64,000 nt of DNA. Source: Phyllobates terribilis (Eukaryota). Numbering within the stretch: the first letter of the stretch is position 1; each line of letters begins with the position of its first letter. Both the position numbers and the translations under genes were made by a program. The notes under the pieces were generated by a model. The model made no database searches. It was given only the letters and a program-made list of their open reading frames with translations, and was not told the DNA's origin. The stretch covers positions 132,680,001 to 132,744,000 of the forward strand of contig NW_027362769.1 of NCBI RefSeq assembly GCF_046119375.1, in the 5' to 3' direction. Of this stretch, positions 37,427-49,927 are shown piece by piece.

Positions 37427-39019
37427 CAGTAGTGTTCAGAATAATTGCAGTGTGTTCAAAAACATGAGTTAAGCACAAAACCTTTCTACTAGTTTTTATT
37501 TCCATGCATTGGGAACATTGCACACTGTTTTCTAATTCTAAACAAGAAGAGAAATGTATAGAATTATTTTTAACTATTTTACAGAAAATAACAAAAAATG
37601 AACACTGGGCTGTTCTAAAAAAATAGCAGTGTCTGCATTTGTCTTTACATCCTCACAATATGTTCTCATTTTTTGAGGATTTAGCATTCCTGTTAATCAC
37701 TAACCTAATATTTCGTTGTATACCCACAGTTTTTTAGAGCTGCTTCACATCTATGTTGCATAGAGTCAACCAACCTCTGGCACCTGTCAACTGTTATTCC
37801 AGCCCAGGATGCTTTGACTACATCCCACAATTTTTTGCCATTTGTTGGCTTTGGCTCAGAAACTGCATTTTTGATGTCACCCCACAAGTGTTTTATCAGA
37901 TTAAGGTCCAGAGATTGGGCTGGCCACTCCATAATCTTGTTGGACTGGAACCAATCTTTTGCTCATTTACTGGTGTGTTTAGGGTTGTTGTCTTGTTGAA
38001 ACACCCATTTCAATGGCATATCCTCTTCAGCGTAAGGCAACATGACCTCTTCAAGTATTTTAATATATGCAAAGTGGTCCATGATCCCTGATATGCGGTA
38101 AATAGGTCCGGCACCATAGTAAGAGAAACATGCCCGTATCATGATGCTTGCACCATCAGGCTTCACTGTCTTCAGAGTGTACTGTGGCTTGAATGTAGAG
38201 TTTGGGGTTGTCTGACGAACTGTCTGCGGCCCTTAGGCCCAAAAAGAAAAATTTTACTTTCATCAGTCCACAAAATGTTTCTCCATTTCTCTTTAGGCCA
38301 GTTGATGTGTTCTTTTGCAAATTGTATCCGCTTCAGTACATCTTTTCTTAACAGTGGGACTATGCGGGGACTTGCTAAGAGCTTAGCTTCACACAGGCGT
38401 CTTCTAACTGTCACAGTACTCACAGGTAACTTGAGACTGTCTGTGATCATCCTGGAGCTGATCATTGGCTGAGCCTTTGCCATTCTGGCTATTCTTCAAT
38501 CCATTTGAATGTTAGTCTTCCGGTTTCTTCCACGTCTCTCGGGTTTTGCTTTCCGTTTTAAAGCAATGGGGATTATTTTAGCTGAACAGCCGATCATTGT
38601 CTGCACTTCTTTATAAGTTTTACCCTCTCCAATTAACTCTTTAATCAAAGTATGCTGTTCTTCTGAACAAAGTCTAGATCGATCGATATTTCTCAGGCTT
38701 TCAAGGAGAAATGCATGTACAACATGTGCTGGCTTCACCCTTAAATAAAGGCCACCTGATTCACACCTGTTTCTTCACAGAATGATTGACCTCCTTAATT
38801 GAACTCCACAGTGCTATTAGTTTGAACACACCCCGTACAATGAATTATTCAAATACACAGACTCAAAAACATGTAGATCATGAATGCAGAGTATGTTGGT
38901 TTTCTTAGAATCTACTGCACCAACTGGTAAATTGTTTGACATGTGGTAATATAATTTATACCAAAAAAGTGATTAATCTGGGTAGTCATACTGGACTGCT
39001 ATTATTTTGAACACTATTG
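37427..39019 (-). mobile_element. Second Tc1/mariner transposon
   Basis: TA TSD; TIR CA(G/A)TAGTGTTCA(G/A)AATAAT. Confidence 0.9.
37705..38687 (-). pseudogene. Tc1 transposase, frameshifted
   Basis: Fragments contain an HTH, WTDESK, FQQDNNPKH and WPAQSLDLNLIK (catalytic E lost) in different frames. Confidence 0.9.
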
Positions 39020-39303
39020 TACTTACTTTGATAATCAATGTCAGAATGGCTGTATGATCCTATTTTAGATTTTTCCCCACGTAATATTAAAATGAGTATG
39101 CTTTTTAATTTAATATCAAAATTCTACAGCCATTCTGACTTGGATTTTCATTGCAAGTATATCAGTCTCATCAGGTCAAATATCTATTTAATAAGTTATG
39201 CAGTTGGTATTGGGAAATCTGGTGACAGATCTGTTTTAATGCATTTTTTTTCTAATACAAGTGTTCATATTTGTTAGCTATCTTGTTTTTTTACTCAGTC
39301 ATA

Positions 39304-39499
39304 GGCCACATTCACACGTTCAGTATTCGGTCAGTATTTTACATCAGTATTTGTAAGCCAAAACCAGGAGTGGGTGATAAATACAGAAGTGGTGACGTGT
39401 TTCTATTATACATTTCCTCTGATTGTTCCACTCCTGATTTTGGCTTATAAATACTGATGTAAAATTTACTGACCAAATACTGAATGTGTGAACGTGGTC
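39304..39499. mobile_element. Palindromic Harbinger-type MITE
   Basis: About 75-bp inverted arms: GGCCACATTCACACGTTCAGTATT...GCCAAAACCAGGAGTGG vs CCACTCCTGATTTTGGC...AATACTGAATGTGTGAACGTGGTC. Confidence 0.85.
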
Positions 39500-40206
39500 T
39501 TATATTGTATTTAAATACCTGGTTAGAGGAAAGTCTCTGTTAGGTGTTAGGTGTGTTGCTGATGTATATCCAGCCTTCAGTTGTTTGCTTGCACAGTTGT
39601 ATGCATATGCCATTGACTTCCATTGTGTATATAATATATCATGGGGCCGAATATATACTAAAAGGTCACTCTTTTACTTTAAATTTGGCCATAACGAAAA
39701 AACATAATGGAGAAAAGAAGGAGTCACCTCGGAGCGTTGTATTAGATATATGACTTTAACAGACCATTTTAAAATTATGCTTATAACATCTCTTAGACTG
39801 GATGAGGCTTGTGTGTTTTGGAAATTAGAAGTATGCAACCATTCTGAATTAGATTTTCAGAGTAAGTACACCAGCCTCATCAGGTGTAAGACATGAATTT
39901 AATGTATAGAGTTTAGATTGTGAAATTGGTGACAGATCTGCATTGGGTATTATACTTGAATTGTATGAATACAAGCAATAGGAATACAAGCTGATTGGCC
40001 GGCGGCTTGTATAGTTATTGCGGTGCTGGGAGCCAATGGCTCTCTGCCCCACAATACATTTCACTTGAATGTGTTTAGCTGTAAACAGTGCTGGCGTTGG
40101 TGGACCCCCTGACTCTGCGCACCCTCTACGACCATGATGTTTACGCCCCCTGCTGGTTGCTTTATTGGAGCCATTTATGTTTTACTCTGCAACAATGCAA
40201 CATTTC

Positions 40207-41160
40207 TGTAGCGTCGGCGTCCCTGCCCCCTGCTAGGCAGGGACGCCGTTCCCCTCACCTCTCCGCTCCGTGCCCGGCGGCTTCCCCCCGCTCTGCTGGC
40301 AGCGCGCGCTGCTTCCCGGCCCCTGTGCTTAGGGCGCGCGCGCTCCCCCTCTCTTAAAGGGGCCGCGCGCGCCGTCCTAAGGAGTCCCCGGCCAATGGCT
40401 GGAGGACCTCTCCATATATAAGGCACCTCCTCCAAAATGGAGGTGCCCGAGCAATGTTGTTGTGAAGCCTTCACTCTGCTTCAGCCCTCATGTCCCGTTA
40501 CCAGTTACCTGCCAGTCACCTGCCAGATTCCTGCTTGTTACCTGCCAGTCACCTGCCTGATTCCTGCCTGTTACCTGCCAGTCATCTGCCAGATTCCTGC
40601 TTGATACCTGCCTGATATCCGCTTACCAGCTTGCAAGCCTGCGGTCCGACGGTCTGCTCTCCGACGCCTGTCTGTCTATGGACCAGCCTGCCCGCTCACC
40701 TGGGAGCGCTCACCTGTTACTTGCCTGCTAGCCTACCTGGAGGCTCTGCCGTCACTTGCCGTGACCACCTGCCTGTCCAGAGACTCTTGCCCGCTCACCT
40801 GGGAGCGCTCACCTGCTACCTGCCTGCTAGCCTACCTGGAGGCTCTGCCGTCACTTGCCGTGACCACCTGCCTGTCCAGAGACTCTTGCCCGCTCACCTG
40901 GGAGCGCTCACCTGCTACCTGCCTGCTAGCCTACCTGGAGGCTCTGCCGTCACTTGCCGTGACCACCTGCCTGTCCAGAGACTCTCGCCCGCTCACCTAG
41001 GAGCGCTCACCAGCCACCAGCCCGCTGCCCTTCTACCCAGAGACTGTCCCTGTCACTTGCCGTGACTGCCTGCCCGTCTTCCCTGGGAGCCACCCGCTTC
41101 CTCACAAGGACTGCCCCCTTGTATAGTTGCACAGAGGTTCCACCTCCCAGACCCGTTACA
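40207..41160 (+). repeat. 5' LTR with TATA box (40415-40421) and internal 87-bp tandem repeats
   Basis: Direct repeat of 45365-46324; about 3.5 copies of an 87-bp unit at about 40690-41020. Confidence 0.95.
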
Positions 41161-41162
41161 GT

Positions 41163-41172
41163 TTGCTCGGGC
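41163..41172 (+). promoter_or_regulatory. Self-priming-type PBS (TTGCTCGGGC)
   Basis: Not a TGG-starting tRNA PBS. It is the exact reverse complement of GCCCGAGCAA at 40445-40454, 30 nt after the TATA start. Confidence 0.8.
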
Positions 41173-41173
41173 C

Positions 41174-42115
41174 ATGGAACCCGGTGGCCCCCAGATCTCC
41201 GATCTGCACCAGGAAGTCTTACGTCAGAAAACTCAGCAGGAGGTGGTACTGCCCTATCTACGGTCCGTTAACTCTCGTCTAGGCGCATTGTGTGACTCGT
41301 CTATGTCTACCTCTGGTCCAGCTGTGCCCATTCCTGCGGTACCGCAATCCAGTCCCTTCATGGTACCCGACTATGGACCTCGGCTTCTGGCACCTCCACG
41401 CTTTGCCGGCGAACCTACTTTAGCTCGGGGTTTCATAAACCAGTGCACCCTGCACTTTGAGCTATTGGCATACCAGTTCATCTCTGACCGGGCCAAGGTG
41501 GCCTTCATCATGTCCCATCTCACTGGGGAGGCACTGGCATGGCTAAATCCCCTGTGGGAGAGAGGGGATCCCCTGGTGTCCGACCTGCCATCTTTCCTCG
41601 CTGCTTTCCGGAAAGTCTTCGATGAACCTGGACGGAAAACCTCTTCTGCCTCCTCTCTGCTACGTCTCCGCCAAGGGAGTCTCACCGTGGGCCAATATGC
41701 CATACGGTTCCGCACCCTCGCTTCTGAGCTTGCCTGGGAAAATGAGGCTCTGGTGTCCGTCTTCTGGGAGGGTCTTTCCGGTCGGATTAAGGACGAGTTA
41801 GCTGGTCGGGACATTCCTACCACTCTGGATGACCTGGTGTCACTAGTTACCCGAATTGGCATCCGGTTCCAAGAACGTGCCAAAGAGACTACCTGGGAGA
41901 AAGACTTTTCTTGCTCTGCTCCTACGTCCCTGAGACCTGCCTCTCAACCAGTCACTCCGCGGGCGCTCTCGCCTGAACCTATGCAGATCGACCAGACCAA
42001 GATGGTCAGATCTCGCCAAGAATCTCGCCGAGCCGAGGGAAGCTGTTTCTATTGTGGCAGTAAGGAGCACTTCATCCGTTCCTGCCCGGAAAAGCCGGGA
42101 AATGCCAGTGTCTAG
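41174..42115 (+). CDS. gag: Gag (Ty3-type capsid plus CCHC zinc knuckle), 313 aa, intact
   Basis: PPRFAGEP...FINQCTLHF...[16 protein letters not shown]; [19 protein letters not shown]; [14 protein letters not shown]. Confidence 0.95.
   Translation: MEPGGPQISDLHQEVLRQKTQQEVVLPYLRSVNSRLGALCDSSMSTSGPAVPIPAVPQSSPFMVPDYGPRLLAPPRFAGEPTLARGFINQCTLHFELLAYQFISDRAKVAFIMSHLTGEALAWLNPLWERGDPLVSDLPSFLAAFRKVFDEPGRKTSSASSLLRLRQGSLTVGQYAIRFRTLASELAWENEALVSVFWEGLSGRIKDELAGRDIPTTLDDLVSLVTRIGIRFQERAKETTWEKDFSCSAPTSLRPASQPVTPRALSPEPMQIDQTKMVRSRQESRRAEGSCFYCGSKEHFIRSCPEKPGNASV
42097..42103 (+). promoter_or_regulatory. Probable -1 ribosomal frameshift site GGGAAAT
   Basis: pol is in the -1 frame relative to gag and is open from 42064. 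The heptamer resembles the G GGA AAC slippery site of PEG10/sushi elements. Confidence 0.65.
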
Positions 42116-45100
42116 GACCGCTCGGAGAGGTCGTCCTAGACAAAAGTAAGCCCTCTCCGTCTCTGACTTTACCGGTCTCTATTGCTTGGGGAGAAAACCG
42201 TCACTTTGAACTCGCCCACCTGGATTCTGGAGCTGCTGGAAACCTCATCTCCCAGTCTCTGGTAGAGAGATACCGTATTCCCACCAAGTCCCTGGCTGAA
42301 CCATTAGCAGTCGCCTCCGTGGATGGAAGACTTCTCTCGGAGACCATCCTGCTCGTCACTGAACCCATAACCCTGCAGGTGGGAATGCTGCACTCTGAGG
42401 AAATCTCATTCCATGTGCTGTCCGGATTTTCTCACTCCCTGTTGCTAGGTCTACCTTGGCTCCAGACACACGAACCCGTATTGAACTGGCGATCCGGTGA
42501 AGTACTCCGATGGGGTCCAGACTGCCATAGGACCTGCCTGGTTCCGGTCCGCCCAGCTCGCCCTCCGCCAACTCCAGCTAATTTACCAGGTCTCCCAGCT
42601 CCTTACTGGCCCTATGCGGACGTCTTCGGTAAGAAGGAAGCAGAGACGTTGCCACCCCATAGGCCATATGACTGCCCGATCGACCTGGTACCTGGCTCCA
42701 CTCCTCCCCGTGGGCGTATCTACCCGTTGTCTGCAGCCGAGACCCGGGCCATGTCTGAGTACATTGAAGAGAATCTGGCTAGGGGATTTATCCGAAAATC
42801 TACCTCCCCGGCTGGAGCCGGATTCTTCTTTGTCAAAAAGAAAGACGGCTCGCTACGTCCCTGTATTGACTACAGAGGACTCAATCTCATCACAGTTAAA
42901 AATAAATACCCCCTTCCGCTCATCTCTGAGTTATTTGATCGTCTTAAAGGCGCCAGGATCTTCTCCAAGCTGGATCTACGCGGAGCATATAACCTGGTCC
43001 GTATCCGTCAGGGAGATGAGTAGAAAACAGCATTTAATACCTGGGACGGACACTATGAGTACCGGGTGATGCCCTTCGGTCTCTGCAATGCTCCCGCCGT
43101 CTTCCAAGAACTGGTCAACGACATCTTCCGTGACCTTCTTTACTCCTGCGTGGTGGTATACCTGGACGACATCTTGGTCTTCTCTCCGGATCTTCCCACA
43201 CACCGGAGGGATGTTCGTCAGGTCCTGCTTAGGCTCAGGCAGAACCACCTCTATGCTAAATACGAGAAGTGCCTTTTTGAGCAGACCTCTCTTCCTTTCC
43301 TGGGCTATGTTATCTCCCAGACAGGCTTGCGAATGGATCCCGAGAAGCTCTCTGCTGTCCTAAAGTGGCCCCGTCCGGAGGGCTTGAAGGTGATACAACA
43401 ATTCCTGGGCTTCGCTAATTACTATCGTCTCTTCATTCCTCACTTCTAGTCACGGACTGCGCCCATATCTGCGCTCACCCGTAAGGGAGCAAATCCCAAG
43501 GTATGGTCATCCGAAGCTGAGGAGGCCTTCCTTTCCCTGAAACAAGCCTTCTCCTCTGCCCCTGTGCTGCACCGTCCGGACTGCAACAAACAGTTCTACC
43601 TGGAGGTTGATGCCTCCTCCTCTGGAGCCGGAGCGGTGCTCACCCAAAAGTCTTCCTCCGGGAGAATGGTAACCTGCGGCTTTTTCTCTAAAATCTTCTC
43701 CTCCTCTGAGCGCAATTACTCCATTGGAGACCGAGAACTGCTTGCCGTTAAATTGGCGCTGGAGGAATGGCGTTACCTGCTTGAAGGGGCTCTATACCCG
43801 GTGATCATCTACACGGATCACAAGAACCTGGCATATCTCCAAAATGCCCAGAGACTTAATCCACGTCAGGCCCGGTGGTCTTTGTTTTTTGCCCGCTTCG
43901 ATTTCATCCTTCATTTCCGCCCGGCGGACAAAAATGTCAAAGCTGATGCCTTGTCCCGATACTTCCTGTCCTCCGACCAAGAGGAGGAGCCTATGCACAT
44001 TATCGACCCCTCCAAGGTGATGAATGTGGCCCCCTTGGATTTGACTCGTCTTCCACCCGGCAAGACGTTCGTGGCGCCTCCAGACCGTGAGAGGGTTCTT
44101 CGCTGGGGTCATTCTTCTAAACTAGCCGGCCATGCCAGCCAAAAGAAGACCTTCCTACTCATTTCCCGGCATTACTGGTGGCCTACCCTGCGTAAGGATG
44201 TGGTAGACTTCGTCTCTGCCTGTTCATCTTGTGGCCGCAACAAAGTTCCCAGACACTTACCAGCTGGTCATCTCCTGCCGCTTCCCATACCTGTTGCCCC
44301 GTGGCAACACATCGCTATGGACTTCATTACCGATCTTCCTGTCTCTGCCTGGTGTACTGTCATTTGGGTGGTCGCGGAGCGCTTCTCTAAAATGGCCCAC
44401 TTCATTCCCCTGCCTGGTCTTCCGTCTGCACCTGAGCTGGCTAAGGACTTTATTCGCCATATCTTCCGTCTCCATGGCCTACCCCTCCACATCGTGTCGG
44501 ATCGAGGGGTTCAGTTTACCTCACGCTTCTGGAGAGCCACATGTAAACTGCTGGACGTCACCCTGGACTTCTCCTCCGCTTACCACCCTCAGTCCAATGG
44601 TCAAGTGGAGCGGATCAATCAGATCCTTACCAGCTATCTCCGGCACTTTGTTAATGCCCACCATTCTGATTGGGTGGACCTCCTTCCTTGGGCCGAGTTC
44701 TCTTATAATAACCACGAGAGCGAATCCTCTTCCAAGTCCCCATTCTTTATTGTCTATGGCCAGCACCCCCGGATTCCGTTTCCTGTCTCCGCTTCTGTGG
44801 ACAACCCTGCCGCGCAGTCTCTTGTCAGCGAGTTTTCTACTATTTGGGAGAGTACTAGGTCTGCACTTCTTCAGTCCTCCGAGCGGATGAAGCGATATGC
44901 TGATAAGAGACGTCTGGATCCGCCTCAATTCCGTCCGGGAGACAAGGTTTGGCTCTCTTCCAAACATGTACGGCTCAAGATACCCTCCTACAAGTTAGGT
45001 CCTCGCTTCATCGGTCCTTTCGAAATCCTCAGGCAAATTAATCCAGTGGCCTACAAATTAAAACTCCCGGCCACCTTACGGATTCCCAACTCCTTCCACG

Positions 45101-45369
45101 TATCTCTCCTCAAACCCGTTGTCTTTAACTCTTTTTCCAACAATCCAGGTACTCCTCCTGCTCCGGTTTCCGCTGAAGACGTCTTTGAGGTAGAGAGTAT
45201 TCTGGCCACTAAGAGGGTAAGAGGAAAGACCTTTTTTTTGGTAGATTGGAAGGGGTTTGGTCCTGAGGAGAGAACATGGGAGCCCCGGGAGAACATCCAT
45301 GCCCCTCTCATCCTTGCTAAATTTCTCTCTGGCCTAAAAAAGGGGGGGCCTAAAGGGGGGGTACTGTAG
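42097..45369 (+). pseudogene. pol: Pol (aspartic protease, RT, RNase H, integrase, chromodomain) with two nonsense codons
   Basis: LDSGAAGN; [13 protein letters not shown]; EVDASSSGAGAVL, DRELLA; HxxxH..CxxC, MDFITDLP, SDRG, GQVERIN, GDKV, FEVESIL..WKGFGPEERTWEP. All in one frame, with TAG at 43021-23 and 43447-49. Confidence 0.96.
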
Positions 45370-46324
45370 CGTCGGCGACCCTGCCCCCTGATAGGCAGGG
45401 ACGCCGTTCCCCTCACCTCTCCGCTCCGTGCCCGGCGGCTTCCTCCCGCTCTGCTGGCAGCGCGCGCTGCTTCCCGGCCTCTGTGCTTAGGGCGTGCGCG
45501 CGCTCCCCCTCTCTTAAAGGGGCCGCGCACGCGGTCCAAAGGAGTCCCCGGCCAATGGCCGGAGGACCTCTCCATATATAAGGCACCTCCTCCAAAATGG
45601 AGGTGCCCGAGCAATGTTGTTGCAAAGCCTTCACTCTGCTTCAGCCCTCAGGTCCTGTTACCAGTTACCTGCCAGTCACCTGCCAGATTCCTGCTTGTTA
45701 CCTGCAAGTCACCTGCCTGATTCCTGCCTGTTACCTGCCAGTCATCTGCCAGATTCCTGCTTGATACCTGCCTGATATCCGCTTACCAGCTTGCAAGCCT
45801 GCGGTCCGACGGTCTGCTCTCCGACGCCTGTCAGTCTGTCTATGGACCAGCCTGCCCGCTCAGCTGGGAGCGCTCACCTGTTACTTGCCTGCTAGCCTAC
45901 CTGGAGGCTCTGCCGTCACTTGCCGTGACCACCTGTCTGTCCAGAGACTCTTGCCCGCTCACCTGGGAGCGCTCACCTGCTACCTGCCTGCTAGCCTACC
46001 TGGAGGCTCTGCCGTCACTTGCCGTGACCACCTGCCTGTCCAGAGACTCTTGCCAGCTCACCTGGGAGCGCTCACCTGCTACCTGCCTGCTAGCCTACCT
46101 GGAGGCTCTGCCGTCACTTGCCGTGACCACCTGCCTGTCCAGAGACTCTCGCCCGCTCACCTAGGAGCGCTCACCAGCCACCAGCCCGCTGCCCTTCTAC
46201 CCAGAGACTGTCCCTGTCACTTGCCGTGACTGCCTGCCCGTCTTCCCTGGGAGCCACCCGCTTCCTCACAAGGACTGCCCCCTTGTATAGTTGCACAGAG
46301 GTTCCACCTCCCAGACCCGTTCCA
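45365..46324 (+). repeat. 3' LTR of the chromovirus
   Basis: Direct repeat of the 5' LTR, followed by TSD ATTTC. Confidence 0.95.
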
Positions 46325-46352
46325 ATTTCACAGGAAACTATGTGTCTCAGAC

Positions 46353-46911
46353 TGTCACACCAGGTGTGGAAAAGACTTGGTGCAACACAAAGGGAAAAGG
46401 GAAAGGGAGCCCAGACTCTAGGGAAAGGGGGAAGGGGAGACCTCCTAGTCTGGTCTAGTGTCACCCTGTCTCAACTACCATCCCTATATTGGCTCTTCAC
46501 GCGTGCCCCGCCCTGACTTTCCCTGGCATATGGCTAAGGCTAGCGACGGGAGGAGATGAGCACTAGTCGATCTCCACTAAACTTTATAGACAACAAGGGT
46601 GGACAAACAGGGGGGACTTCCTTAGCTTTAGACGACTCCAGACAAATGTGCACACGGCCTCAAGCTCCAGAGAGGACGAAGTACTGCTCTTGCTAAAGCC
46701 TCACACGTAGTAATGAATATCGACGGCACCTCCCTCTCAGACACACCAGGTATATATACACCCAGACCAGGGAGCTAATTAGTCAGAGGGAGGTAGCCGC
46801 TGGGTCCTAGAGACAGCTGGCCTCTAAGAAGATGTCTGTAATGCCAAACGTAGAGATCTCCTGCAACCAACTGCAGGGCGACTGTCTGTCACCTCTGACA
46901 CACCCTTGACA
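46353..46911 (-). mobile_element. Solo LTR, same family as 28550-29084, opposite orientation
   Basis: Reverse complement aligns with 28550-29084 end to end; TG...CA; flanks CAGAC/CAGGT give only a partial TSD match. Confidence 0.85.
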
Positions 46912-47489
46912 CAGGTCCCTCATCTTCAGACAGGGTTTCATTTTTTACAGTAACCTTTTGGCCGACAGCTGCTTCCAGGGTCATTTTTCATTCTTGCGAG
47001 CAGCAGAGCTCGATCACGCTGGCCTTTCTTGCCAAATTCCAATGCAAAGTGGCAAAAGTTACATTCATTAAAATGGTTTAGAAATCTAAACTCTCGGCCT
47101 ATATTTTATAACAAGACGTGTAAAAGGGAAAAAAGCCGACTCCTGCTGTTCTGCTGTCAAGGGAGTGAACAGAGGGCGTCATGCGCCACGGTTCTGAATC
47201 TGCAGATCCTTCTTTGAACTTGTTAAGTGATATGTTATATTTCATTTGCTCTTTTGTGCTGCTTGTTGGAAGATTACAGCCGCCGTTGAGAACTGCGAGA
47301 GAGTATTAGATTCTTTGCAGTATTCACAGAATTGTAAAGATCACCATGGTTTTTTGGGGTGGGGGTTTTGAAGTAGAGTCTGTTTAAAGAGATTTTCAGT
47401 GATTTTGATATTGCCGTGCTATGCTTAGTGTAGGTCATCAATATCAGATCGAGAGGGGTGCGGCACCACGAATACCCACCAATAAGCTT

Positions 47490-48007
47490 TATTCTGCCAC
47501 CGATGTATGTGGGGTGAGATGTGTCTGAGGGATGTGACACGGATGTCTGTATAAGCAATGGCATATAGCGTCAACTCACTGACCTGCGCTTCTGTTCCTC
47601 ATGAACTTCACGTGGTAATCCGGAATGATGATGCAGTGATGAATTCAACAGATTTATTTACAGTTCTTGATGAGGTGAGATGAGGGAAAGTGAAGGATGA
47701 GGAAAGAGGAGGAATTGTAGGTATTAGAAGCGCCAGGTAAAGTGGTAACAAGAGAATCCTTTCTCCAGTCCTGCAGCATGTGTAGTCAAGATGGATGTGA
47801 TGAAGAAGAAGGAAGTGAGGAGCAGGAGATAGGAGGAGTTACAGACCGAAAGGTGTTGTGGGTAAAACACAGGAATAATACATGTTATAACTTATTATAA
47901 CAATGGCCAGTAGATGGCAGCAAAGTACAACAATACAATAATCATGTAACATTAGGTAATGCCCAAAATGGCTGAAAGTCTTTTCAAACAAAGAGCTGGA
48001 CAGCACA
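47490..48007 (-). repeat. BEL 3' LTR
   Basis: Direct repeat of 62818-63335. Confidence 0.95.
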
Positions 48008-48293
48008 CTCCCCGTCTGAAATCCCTGGATTTCACTATATTAACAGTCTTGAGGTGTAGGTGTTTTCCTGAAGTACTGAGGGATACCTCAACCTGAAAGA
48101 CAAACAATGCATGCAATGCAACAATAACATATAACAAAAGAGGTAGACGAATGTCTATAACAGTTCCTGAAGCAATCCAAAGGATGCCCATCTTCGAATT
48201 GGAGAAGCCGCACTAGGCCAAACTGTCTCCAACCCAATTGTAATCCAGTGGTTACAGTTCCTGGAAAGTTCCTTGTGGTTGAATGGATAGTCC

Positions 48294-48845
48294 TTAATTC
48301 TCAACCGACATAAGTAAGATGACCTCTGATATAGGCCTAATGAAAGATTTGTGGTCACCTTGCTTCGTGACTGTTACGTCCACCTTGCGCACCTTGCCAT
48401 CTTCACTTGGAAAGGTTTTCGATATAAGTCCCATAGGCCATTCGTTTCTTTCCACTTTCTGGTCTCTCATGAGAACAAGATCTCTTACTTGTAAGCTAGG
48501 TTTAACTTGTTGCCATTTTCTCCGTCGTTGAAGAAGGTTAAGGTAATCCCTCTTCCATCTACTTCAGAAACAGTTAGCCAGATGTTGCACGTGTTTCCAA
48601 CATCTCTGATATTTGTTACCGGACACAGAGTCTTCAGGTGGGTTAGGAACGGTTCCAAGTTTCTGAGTGAGGAGAGTTGCTGGTGTAAGAATAGCAGGAG
48701 ATTCTGAATCCGTAGATATGGGAACAAGTGGTCTTGAGTTTACAATAGCCGATACTTCTGCTAAGAAAGTGGTTAAGGTCTCATGAGTGAGTCTCGAGAG
48801 GTTTGAGTCCATCAACATAGACTCCAGTATCCGACGAGTGATGCC
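48294..48845 (-). pseudogene. pol: BEL pol, integrase C-terminal part
   Basis: ITRRILESML...LTTFLAEVSAIVNSRPL...LTPATLL; ends ...RPISEVILLMSVEN*. Confidence 0.9.
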
Positions 48846-49927
48846 TGTTATGCACACGCCCGGGCTAAGCGGCGTGTGCGTGTGATTGGTAGTGATTCCA
48901 CTGGACCGTGCCGGAGAGTGAATGCCTGGAGGGGTGTGACTAAGTATTCACCCGATCCGACCAGGGTCGCACGACGGCATACGACGCCAGTGCACCAAGG
49001 AGGAACCGAGCAGAGGGACCAGGTGCTACTCCAGGACAGACCCCGGACACGGCTGTTGACCCACACAGGGAAATACAGGAACAGGCTGGTAGGCTGGCAC
49101 ACAGACTGGAGGGTATAGGCAGGCACGACTGGTATGCAGGCAGGCGGGTATGCAGGCAGGGGGGTAAAGGCAAGCACAGCTAGAGTGCAGACAGGGAGGC
49201 ACTAGCAGGTAGGAACACAGGCGGGATAGGACCCAGTACACACCGGGACTCAGGAACAATACAGGCAGAGGGTTACAGGCAAGCACAGCTAGAGTGCAGA
49301 CAAGGCTGAGCAGGGAGGACAGGGCTCTGTTCACACGGAACAGACAGGAAGGGAAAGACAGAGCCAGATACTCACACAGTACTTGCAGAGACAACAAGCA
49401 GGAGTTAGGTACGAGTTCAGACTCTGCAGAAAAAGGAAGGGAACGGACATAGAGGCAAAACAGGTAAAGGACAGGAGAGAGTTCAGACTGGAACTGAGTG
49501 TACGGAGGAGACCGACACTGCAGAGGGATACAGGAGCGGGTCTGGGAATACGGCCCCCAGAGAGGCGGAACGAACAGGCAAGGAGCGTGTTCAGACAGGA
49601 CAGACCAGACACAGGAGCGGGTCTAGGAAATCGGCCACTAGAAGGCGAAAGGAACAGGCTAGGAGCGTGTTCAGACAGGACAGACAAGAGAACACAGAAA
49701 GGAGTCAGTTCAGACACGGGAGCTGATACCGCAAAGCAGGAGACATACAGGACTCAGTTCAGACACGGGAGCTGATACCGCAAAGCAGGAGACATACAGG
49801 ACTCAGTTCAGACACGGGAACTGATACAAAAAGCAGGAGACAAGAGACGGGACCTGGCACCTTCAGAGTGCAAGCACACACTGAAGGAAACACTATGCTC
49901 AGGCAGGGATAGAAGGGAGCTGCTGAG

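Larger units (their letters stand above)
37347..39235. mobile_element. TTAA-flanked MITE (Kolobok/T2-like) split by a Tc1 insertion
   Basis: TTAA on both sides; TIR AGCAGATCTGTCATCAGATTTC vs AACAGATCTGTCACCAGATTTC, extending about 75 bp. Confidence 0.8.
40207..46324 (+). mobile_element. Full-length Ty3/Gypsy chromovirus (Tf1/sushi group)
   Basis: LTRs 40207-41160 and 45365-46324 (about 2% diverged by eye), TG...CA, 5-bp TSD ATTTC, domain order gag-PR-RT-RH-IN-chromo, PPT at 45337-45360. Confidence 0.97.

Noticed and set aside
39855-39890. CTGATGAG...GAAA on the minus strand, resembling a hammerhead core
   Set aside because: No convincing stem II, and the sequence matches the arm of the TTAA-type MITE family at 37347-39235.
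45051-45634. 187-aa and shorter antisense ORFs over the pol end and 3' LTR
   Set aside because: GC-rich antisense shadow of the integrase/chromodomain and LTR, with no independent evidence.
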